Shown here piece after piece: positions 1 to 6,855 of a stretch of 20,774 bases of DNA. The stretch lies in assembly GCA_040905565.1 (NCBI GenBank), contig JBBDRF010000066.1, positions 1 through 20,774 on the forward strand, given 5' to 3'. Origin of the DNA: Phycisphaeraceae bacterium. GTDB taxonomy: Bacteria; Planctomycetota; Phycisphaerae; Phycisphaerales; Zrk34. Both the position numbers and the translations under genes were made by a program. Numbering within the stretch: the stretch's first letter is position 1; every line of letters starts with the position of its first letter. Under the pieces are notes generated by a model, which ran no database searches, had not been told where the DNA came from, and was given only the letters and a program-made list of their open reading frames with translations.

Positions 1-10
1 CGTCTCCCAA

Positions 11-37
11 CCGGCTTGGGGACAAGCCGGCTCTTAC
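11..37 (-). repeat. REP-like palindrome (GTAA-GAG-CCGGCTTG-TCCC-CAAGCCGG on minus strand)
   Basis: Perfect 8-bp inverted repeat CCGGCTTG (11-18) / CAAGCCGG (23-30) with a 4-nt loop. On the minus strand it is preceded by GTAA, resembling the GTAG-tetranucleotide + hairpin architecture of REPs. Confidence 0.45.
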
Positions 38-49
38 ACCGTCTTAGCG

Positions 50-78
50 TTGACCGCACGAGGCCCCCGAAGTACCTT
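50..78 (+). promoter_or_regulatory. Putative sigma70 promoter TTGACC-N17-TACCTT
   Basis: TTGACC at 50-55, 17-nt spacer, TACCTT at 73-78, about 45 nt upstream of ATG 124, which has an AAGGAA SD-like sequence. Confidence 0.5.
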
Positions 79-123
79 AAACCTATTCGCAGCAGCAGAA
101 AACCGGCCGGAAGGAATCTACAA

Positions 124-1086
124 ATGTCGACCAAAGCCCGTGATGCGTGGGTCTCCGTGTTGATGACGCTAAGCCTTCTCGCCTCGCTCGCCCTCTTCGG
201 GCTCGGCGGCTACCTCGCCCTGGTCAACCAGGAATTCGTCCTGCTCGGCCTCGGCCTCATCGCCGTCGTCGTCAGTGCCGCCGGCCTCGCCTTCGCTGCG
301 CCTGCTGAGGACGGGTCAGCTGAGCTTGTCCAGGCCGTCCAGCGTCAGCACGAACTGCTCGAATCGATCAACAACCGCCTGCTCATCTCCGACAAAGCCA
401 AACGCGTCGCCTTCCGTCAGAAGGATCGCGAGACGCTGCGTGAAGCCATTGTCGAAGATGTCCGTCGGGAGGATTACGACGCCGCCATGATCCTCGTCGA
501 TGAGATGGCCGACAGCTACGGCTACCGCGAGGAGGCTGAGCAGTTCCGCGACCAGATTCTCCAGGCCCAGGAGAAGAAGCGCGAGCAGTTCATCAAAGAA
601 GCCATCATCCGCATCGACCAGATGTGCAACGACGGCGACTGGGACGACGCACGCCAGCACGCCCACCGCCTCGTGCGGCTGTACCACGGTCACCCGGGCG
701 TCAACGGCTTGCCTGAACGCGTCGCCGAGGCCAAGGAAAAACGCAAAGCCGACCTCGAGCGCGAGTTCCTCCGGGCATCGGAGCGCGAAGATGTCGAACG
801 GGCCATGGAACTGCTCAAGGAGCTCGACGGCTACCTCACCTCAGAAGAAGCGGCTCCTTATATGGAGACGGCCCGAGGCGTCGTCGGCAAAAAGCGTGAG
901 AACCTCGGCGTCCGCTTCAAGATCGCCGTCCAGGACCGCGACTGGCTCGATGCCCTCAACGTCGGCGAACAGATCGTCCGCGAGTTCCCAAACTCCAAGT
1001 TCGCCCACGAAGTCCGCAGCATGATCGACACCCTCCGCGAACGCGCCGCCCATCAGCGCGCCGCCATGGCCGAAGAGTCGCTCTGA
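124..1086 (+). CDS. Hypothetical membrane-anchored protein with TPR-like helical repeats
   Basis: ATG at 124 after AAGGAA; two N-terminal hydrophobic segments; charged helical remainder with four TPR-like motifs (EDYDAA, GDWDDA, EDVERA, RDWLDA) and a late FPNS motif; strong C-ending codon bias. Confidence 0.85.
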   Translation: MSTKARDAWVSVLMTLSLLASLALFGLGGYLALVNQEFVLLGLGLIAVVVSAAGLAFAAPAEDGSAELVQAVQRQHELLESINNRLLISDKAKRVAFRQKDRETLREAIVEDVRREDYDAAMILVDEMADSYGYREEAEQFRDQILQAQEKKREQFIKEAIIRIDQMCNDGDWDDARQHAHRLVRLYHGHPGVNGLPERVAEAKEKRKADLEREFLRASEREDVERAMELLKELDGYLTSEEAAPYMETARGVVGKKRENLGVRFKIAVQDRDWLDALNVGEQIVREFPNSKFAHEVRSMIDTLRERAAHQRAAMAEESL

Positions 1087-1093
1087 GGCTTCA

Positions 1094-1162
1094 TCGGTAG
1101 GGTGGGTAGAGCGCCAGCGAAACCCACCCTACCGAACGCCACGACAGCCGGTGGGTTTCGCT
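1094..1162. repeat. GTAG-type REP / partial REPIN doublet
   Basis: 14-bp perfect inverted repeat TCGGTAGGGTGGGT (1094-1107) / ACCCACCCTACCGA (1122-1135). GGTGGGTTTCGCT (1150-1162) is also the exact reverse complement of 1116-1128. Starts 8 nt after the stop codon; no U-tract. Confidence 0.65.
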
Positions 1163-1302
1163 ACACGATCAAAGCGGCCCCGGGCCCCCTCGCCCAACCT
1201 CTCCGCCAGCGGGGCTGACGGGTCCCGCTGCCCCCCAAATCACCCCTCCCCCCTCCAAACCTCACACATCCTCCACCCCTCCCTCCCATATCTGCGAATG
1301 GG

Positions 1303-1330
1303 TGAAGTTTTCCGCGTGTTTTGCCGATAT
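1303..1330 (+). promoter_or_regulatory. Putative sigma28 (FliA)-type promoter TGAAGTTT-N12-GCCGATAT
   Basis: 7/8 match to each half of the extended sigma28 consensus TAAAGTTT-N11-GCCGATAA, with the spacer one base longer. Lies in the AT-rich patch about 80 nt upstream of ATG 1410 (SD GGAGAGG). Confidence 0.5.
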
Positions 1331-1409
1331 GTAAAAATAGATAAGATGGGTAGCGTGGGACGGGTGGGGCATCTGTAGAGATTCGCCGGATTACCTGGAG
1401 AGGCGGCCG

Positions 1410-2021
1410 ATGAGTGACGAACAGCAATCCCTGCAAAACACGGATGATCTCCGTGACAAGCAGGTCTTTACGACCGGTGAAGCCGCCGAGATCTGCCAGA
1501 TCTCGCAGCAGACGATCATCCGATGCTTCGATTCCGACCGTCTCAAGGGCTTTCGCGTCCCCGGCTCCCGGTTCCGACGCATCCCTCGCGACGAACTCAT
1601 CCGCTTCATGAAGCACAACGGCATGTCGCTCGACCGCCTCGGCGGAAGTCAGCGCCGCATCCTTGTCGTCGACGACGATGAGCAGATCGTCGAGCTCTTC
1701 TGCGATGTGCTTGAGCGTGATTCCCGCTTCCAGGTCCGCACCGCAGCCACCGGCTACGACGCAGGCATGATGACGCAGGATTTCCGCCCCGACCTGATCA
1801 TCCTCGACTACATGCTGCCCGACATCAACGGCAACGTCGTCTGCAAAACCATCCGCCAGAACCCTGCGTTCAACGACACGAAGATCATCGTGGTTTCAGG
1901 CGTGGTCAATCAGGACGAGATCGCGCACCTGCTTGATAGCGGAGCCGACGAATTCGTGAAGAAGCCGTTCAACATTGAGAAGCTTGTCAGCCGTATCCGC
2001 GAACTTCTGGAGATGACGTGA
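1410..2021 (+). CDS. Response regulator with N-terminal excisionase-like (HTH_17/MerR-type) DNA-binding domain and C-terminal REC domain
   Basis: VFTTGEAAEICQISQQTIIRCFD...GFRVPGSRFRRIPR HTH; receiver with intact motifs ILVVDDD, LIILDYMLPD, VVSG, KPF. Confidence 0.93.
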   Translation: MSDEQQSLQNTDDLRDKQVFTTGEAAEICQISQQTIIRCFDSDRLKGFRVPGSRFRRIPRDELIRFMKHNGMSLDRLGGSQRRILVVDDDEQIVELFCDVLERDSRFQVRTAATGYDAGMMTQDFRPDLIILDYMLPDINGNVVCKTIRQNPAFNDTKIIVVSGVVNQDEIAHLLDSGADEFVKKPFNIEKLVSRIRELLEMT

Positions 2022-4402
2022 TCGCTTCGGGTCCTGGTCAACCCAAACATCGTCCCATCGAGTCCCTGCGTATGTCGCGTTCGCCTGATCCAACTCGTGC
2101 TCGCCGTTTGGAGCTGATACTTCAGCGTGTTGAATCGTTGCCGACGCTGCCTGCCGTGGCTGTGAGGCTGCTGCAGGTCACCAGCGACGACGATTCCGAA
2201 GCCCGCGAGGTGGTCGAACTCGTCCGCGCCGATCCCGCCCTGACTTCCAAGGTGCTCTCGCTGTGCCATGGTGCGGACCGAGGCATCCGCGAGCCGATCA
2301 CCACGGTGGATCGTGCCGTCGTGCTCGTTGGTTTCGAAGCCATCCGCAACGCGGTCCTTTCGATCAAGGTATTCGAAGCCTTTTCTGAAGATCGTCAGGA
2401 GCCCGACCTGCCCCCGGCCCAGCCGGGCGAATTCCGCTTCGATCGTGCTGCTTTCTGGCGTCATTCGCTGGCCGTGGCGATCGCCGCTGAACTCATCGCG
2501 CGTCAGCATCCGGAAAACCGCACGCTCAACCCCAGCCATGCGTTCGTCTGCGGGCTGCTTCACGATCTCGGCAAACTGGCCCTCGAGCATCTGCTGCCGC
2601 GCAGCTATCAGCGCGTCGCCGAACTCACCGAACAGCATCAGCTGAACATCGCCGACGTTGAGCGTCGCGTGATCGGCCTCGATCATCACACGGTCGGCAA
2701 ACGGCTCGCCGAGCGCTGGCGGCTGCCGCACGTCATCCAGGATTCGATCTGGCTTCACGGCGCCCCGCAAGAAAGCGTGCCCGATCTGCCGCACCGCGAC
2801 ATGGTCGGGCTCATCGGCGTGGCCGACCTGCTTGTCCGCCGACAGCACCTCGGCTACAGCGGCAACTATCAACTCAACGAAGATCTCAATCAGCGTGCAC
2901 GCGATGCCGGCCTGAACCCGCGCGTGCTTAACGACGTGGTCAGCGAACTGCACGAACAGCTTGAAACCCGCGCCGCCGCCATCGGCCTCGGTGAGCATCC
3001 CAGTCAGCAGTTGCTGCTCGAGTCGATCGCGCAGGCCAACACGGTGCTCGCTCGGCTGAATACGCAGCTGGAAACCCGCCGTCGTGCCGCCAGTGGACAG
3101 GCGCACGCCCTCTCAGCAATCGTCGATTTTCTCGATGCTTCATCCCGCCCCGGCCGCGGGGTGCAGGACGTGCTTTCCGCCGTCGCCTCCAGCGGCTCGA
3201 ACATCCTCGGCAAAGGCTACTTCGCCACGCTCTATCAGGGCGGTGAAGGTCAGCCCTGGCTGATGAATCAGTACAAGCCCAACGGCACCGTCATCCGCAG
3301 TCAGTTCATCGACCCGCCGCCGCACGCCCCGACGCTGTCGCACATCCGTGACGACGGCACCGAGACCGTCACACTCACCAGCGTCATCCCCTGGATCAGC
3401 GACCACGTCATCGAGACCGTCGATGTCCGCAGGGTTTCTCTGCTCACGCTGCCATGTGGATGGGGGACTGCTGCGATTGTTCTGCACGATCGTGACGAGC
3501 TGCCTCAGCCGGCCGCCGTCGCCGCTTTGCGTCACACGTGGGGCTCAGCCGTGGCCGCCGCCGCTCAGCACGAAGGGGCCCGTCGGCTCGGGGAGCAGGT
3601 CGTCGAGGCCAACCGCCGGGTCGCGCAGACGCAGCACATCCTGATGCAAAATCAGAGCATGGCCCGCCTCGGTGAGATGGCTGCGGGGGCGGCACATGAG
3701 ATGAACAATCCGCTGGCCGTAATCTGTGGCCGTGCTCAGCTTCTCGCCGCCCGGCTGGATCAGAACACGCGTGAGCAGAAGGACGCCGCCCTGATCGCCG
3801 AGCAGTCGGACAAACTCAGCGATCTCATCAGCGCCCTCCGACTATTCGCCGAGCCTCCTCGCCCAAGCCTCGTCGACATCGCCGTGACGGAGGTGCTCGA
3901 TCGTGCCGTCGCGCTGCTGCAACAGCGGATGCCCGACGCGCCCGCACCGCATATCGCCGGTGTCGCGGCAGGCCAGATGCTTCATACGGATGTCGAGCAC
4001 CTCTCCGCCGCCCTCGCCGAACTGCTGATCAATGCGAACCAGGCCAATTCAGCCGGTGAAATCCGCGTGACCGCTACAGTCGACCCGCTCAGCGACCGAT
4101 TCATGTTTAAGGTCATCGACAACGGACTCGGTATGGACGCCGCCACCATGGAACACGCCTTCGACCCATTCTTCAGTGCCAAGCCCGCCGGGCGGCAACC
4201 GGGGCTTGGGCTGGCGCGTGCCAAGCGGTTCGTCGAAGGCCTCGGCGGCGAGATCACACTCGCCAGCCAGCCGCAGCACGGCACCACGGCCACCATCAGT
4301 TTGCCGGTCACGCCGGCGCCGTTGCCGACGCCCTCGCGGAATCTTCATGAACTTGAGCCCGACGCCTATCACGCCTCGCCGGCTCGGACCGGTGGATCCT
4401 AA
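2018..4402 (+). CDS. Cytoplasmic HDOD-domain sensor histidine kinase (HDOD - GAF-like linker - HisKA - HATPase_c)
   Basis: HDOD motifs LPTLP, DPALTSKVL, FWRHSLAVA, GLLHDLGKL, GLDHHTVG..LAERWRLP; H-box AHEMNNPL, N-box ELLINANQA, G1 DNGLGM, F-box FDPFF, G2 GLGLA. GTG 2018 overlaps the upstream stop (GTGA); alternative start ATG 2072. No transmembrane segment. Confidence 0.92.
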   Translation: MIASGPGQPKHRPIESLRMSRSPDPTRARRLELILQRVESLPTLPAVAVRLLQVTSDDDSEAREVVELVRADPALTSKVLSLCHGADRGIREPITTVDRAVVLVGFEAIRNAVLSIKVFEAFSEDRQEPDLPPAQPGEFRFDRAAFWRHSLAVAIAAELIARQHPENRTLNPSHAFVCGLLHDLGKLALEHLLPRSYQRVAELTEQHQLNIADVERRVIGLDHHTVGKRLAERWRLPHVIQDSIWLHGAPQESVPDLPHRDMVGLIGVADLLVRRQHLGYSGNYQLNEDLNQRARDAGLNPRVLNDVVSELHEQLETRAAAIGLGEHPSQQLLLESIAQANTVLARLNTQLETRRRAASGQAHALSAIVDFLDASSRPGRGVQDVLSAVASSGSNILGKGYFATLYQGGEGQPWLMNQYKPNGTVIRSQFIDPPPHAPTLSHIRDDGTETVTLTSVIPWISDHVIETVDVRRVSLLTLPCGWGTAAIVLHDRDELPQPAAVAALRHTWGSAVAAAAQHEGARRLGEQVVEANRRVAQTQHILMQNQSMARLGEMAAGAAHEMNNPLAVICGRAQLLAARLDQNTREQKDAALIAEQSDKLSDLISALRLFAEPPRPSLVDIAVTEVLDRAVALLQQRMPDAPAPHIAGVAAGQMLHTDVEHLSAALAELLINANQANSAGEIRVTATVDPLSDRFMFKVIDNGLGMDAATMEHAFDPFFSAKPAGRQPGLGLARAKRFVEGLGGEITLASQPQHGTTATISLPVTPAPLPTPSRNLHELEPDAYHASPARTGGS

Positions 4403-4416
4403 CGGGAGAGACAACC

Positions 4417-5493
4417 GTGCCATTCGATTCGCTTCAAACGCCCGCCGAGCCTCACACCGCCGACCGCAGTCTTCACGTGCTTGTCCTCGACGACGAGCCG
4501 GACATTCGTGAGGTGCTCAGCACGCTGCTGACGCGGCAGAAGATGCAGGTCCATCACGCCGAGTCGCTTCGCGCCGCGCGCGCTTTGGCGCAGGAAAGGC
4601 CGATCGACATCGCCGTGATCGACCTGAAGCTCCCCGACGGCAACGGCCTCGAAATCGCCCGTGAGCTTTCGCTGCGTGAGCCCGCCGTGCCTTGCATCGT
4701 GCTCGCCGGTCAGCCGACGTTCGACGATCTCGCCGAAGCGATGCGTGCCGGGGCCTGCGATTATCTGGCCAAACCGTTCACGGTGGATCAGCTTAACCAG
4801 TGCGTCGACCGCGCCATTCAGCGTCGCCGCGACAGCCGCCGTCTCGCCGGGCGTGTGCAGCGGCTTCGGCGTGTCTGCCGTAAGCTCAACAAAGCTCGGC
4901 TTGAAACCACGCAGCAGGTCGATGTGCTTTGCAACGACCTCGTCTCGGCCTACCACGAGCTGGCTGACCGCTTCAAGCACGTGCAGATGACCTCGCGTTA
5001 CCAGGCTGCCATCGAGCCCGAACTCAGCCTCGAACAGCTGCTGCACCACACGCTCGATTTCATCCTGCAGCAGGTGGGCTCCACCAACGCCGCCATCTTC
5101 CTGCCCGGCCAGGAGAGCGGGTTCACGACCAGCGGCTACGTCAACTACACCTTCGACAAAGACGCCGCTTCGATCATCCTCCCCCAGCTCGCTGAGCACG
5201 TCGCCCCGCAGATCGTGCAGCAGGAAGAGGAACTGGTCCACCTTCGAAGCGATGAGGAGATCGACACGTTCCTCGAAGGCGAAATGGCGAACCTTGACGG
5301 CTCCCACGTCGTCACGCTCGCCTGCCGACATGACGACGAAACGCTCGCCGGCATCTGCCTCTTCCGTGATGCCGATCAGCCGTTCGACGTCGACGAACTC
5401 GAAGCACTCGCCGGCATCGCCCCCATCCTCGCCCGCCAACTCGTCCGCGTCATCCGTGTGCATCACCGCCTGGATTTCGACGACGACGAATAA
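4417..5493 (+). CDS. Response regulator REC - coiled coil - GAF-like domain, no recognisable enzymatic or DNA-binding output
   Basis: VLVLDDE, IAVIDLKLPD (D69), YLAKPF; helical linker; C-terminal GAF-like alpha/beta region (HVVTLAC...LAGICLFR...PFDVDELEAL). GTG start with GGGAGA SD. Confidence 0.88.
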   Translation: MPFDSLQTPAEPHTADRSLHVLVLDDEPDIREVLSTLLTRQKMQVHHAESLRAARALAQERPIDIAVIDLKLPDGNGLEIARELSLREPAVPCIVLAGQPTFDDLAEAMRAGACDYLAKPFTVDQLNQCVDRAIQRRRDSRRLAGRVQRLRRVCRKLNKARLETTQQVDVLCNDLVSAYHELADRFKHVQMTSRYQAAIEPELSLEQLLHHTLDFILQQVGSTNAAIFLPGQESGFTTSGYVNYTFDKDAASIILPQLAEHVAPQIVQQEEELVHLRSDEEIDTFLEGEMANLDGSHVVTLACRHDDETLAGICLFRDADQPFDVDELEALAGIAPILARQLVRVIRVHHRLDFDDDE

Positions 5494-5547
5494 CGCTATT
5501 CCTCTTCCCTCCAAAGAAGTCGGCACGGTCGCGGCTCATCGTCGCCC

Positions 5548-6855
5548 TCAGTCTTTCTCCGGCGGGATCGCCTGGCCGTGTGGGTCGGTTGGCGTGCGGT
5601 CGGTGCGTTCTGCCAGCTTCGCGCGCATCGCGGGGTCCGTCACATGCTCAAGGCGATGGGCTGAGAGGTGCAGGTGATCCGGGCGAAGCTTGAGATGCTG
5701 ATGCAGGTACGCTTCCCAAAGCCGATGCGATCGCACCACGTCCGTCGCATGCTCACGCCCAGCCTCGGTCAGATGCATTGCCGACCCGTCGCGCGTCAGC
5801 AGTCCGTTACGCTGCAATGACCAGATCGCTGCACGCCGAAGTACCGGTCCCACCGCCAGCACGTCACGGCTGATGGTGTTGAAGTGGGCGGTATCGGTCT
5901 GTGATTCTTCGAGTCGCCAGAGCAGGCCGAGCATGTCGTCGCGTGAGACGGACACAGCCGTGGCGAAGCGGCCGACGTATCGGCTGATGAGCCCGTGGCG
6001 CGGAGCCGCCAGCAGGGCCGCGAAGAAGATCACGCCCGAGGCCACCGCCATCGACCCTGCCGTCGAAGTCTCCGCAAAGCCGAACGCGGCGGGCACCATG
6101 ATGGCCGAAACGTGCCCGCCCCCCGCAGCTACCGCCGCCAGAATCACCGCAATTACAATCATCAAGCCGAGTCGATCGGTCAGCAGGGCCGCTGCTGCGG
6201 GAGGCACGATCAACATCGCGATCACCAGGATCGAGCCCACCGCTTCGAAGGCAGCGACCACCGTCACCGCCACCAGCCCCATCAACACGTAGTGCATCAC
6301 CGTGGCGTTAATGCCTTGTGCCGTGGCGATGGCCGGGTCGAATGTTGAGATCTTCAGCTCTTTGTAGAACACCAGCACGAACGCCAGGTTCAGCAGCAGC
6401 ACCGCCCCGAGCACAATGGCGGCCCGCGGAATGTCCCAAGGCGTGATCACATCCAGCGCCGTCAACTCGATCGCACCATACAGCACGCAGTCGGCATCGA
6501 GGTGCACGTGGTCCGCAGCCCGGCGGATCAGGATCAACCCGAGTGCGAACAGCGTCGTGAACACCACGCCCAGCGACGCGCCCTCCTCCACGTGGCCGAA
6601 CCGGCGGATCGTGTCCGTCAGGAACGCCGTCAGCAGGCCCGCCGCGGCCGCGCCGATGAACATCGGCACCGAGGACAGCGAGCCCGTGAACAAGAACGCC
6701 ACCGCCAGGCCCGGCAGCACGGCATGCGAAATCGCGTCGCCCATCAGGCTCATCCGACGCAGCACCAGGAAGCAGCCCGGCAGCGCGCAAGCCACCGCCG
6801 CGAGGGCGCCGACCACCACGATCCACGTATCAAGCTGTGTCCAGTTCAAACTCAT
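5548..6855 (-). CDS. troD: Mn/Fe/Zn ABC transporter permease (TroD-like) fused to C-terminal DtxR/MntR-type domain
   Basis: ABC-3 motifs LVLRRMSLMGDAISHAVLPG, HLDADCVLYG, FYKELKISTFD, AFEAVGSILVIAMLIVPPAAA; C-terminus LTEAG...VVRSHRLWEAYL...HLSAHRLEH...DPHGQAIP. ATGA overlap with the upstream gene. Confidence 0.9.
   Translation of the reverse strand: MSLNWTQLDTWIVVVGALAAVACALPGCFLVLRRMSLMGDAISHAVLPGLAVAFLFTGSLSSVPMFIGAAAAGLLTAFLTDTIRRFGHVEEGASLGVVFTTLFALGLILIRRAADHVHLDADCVLYGAIELTALDVITPWDIPRAAIVLGAVLLLNLAFVLVFYKELKISTFDPAIATAQGINATVMHYVLMGLVAVTVVAAFEAVGSILVIAMLIVPPAAAALLTDRLGLMIVIAVILAAVAAGGGHVSAIMVPAAFGFAETSTAGSMAVASGVIFFAALLAAPRHGLISRYVGRFATAVSVSRDDMLGLLWRLEESQTDTAHFNTISRDVLAVGPVLRRAAIWSLQRNGLLTRDGSAMHLTEAGREHATDVVRSHRLWEAYLHQHLKLRPDHLHLSAHRLEHVTDPAMRAKLAERTDRTPTDPHGQAIPPEKD

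Noticed and set aside
16..123. N-terminal extension of the first ORF from TTG 16
   Set aside because: Runs through a hairpin and the predicted promoter; ATG 124 has an SD.
1094..1140. Intrinsic terminator call for the hairpin after gene 1
   Set aside because: No U-tract on either strand; the GTAG start and a partial inverted copy favour a REP.
1910..3106. 398-aa minus-strand ORF
   Set aside because: Antisense shadow of the HDOD kinase; no motifs; expected in high-GC coding DNA.
4399..5526. 375-aa minus-strand ORF
   Set aside because: Antisense mirror of the REC-GAF gene; no independent domain evidence.
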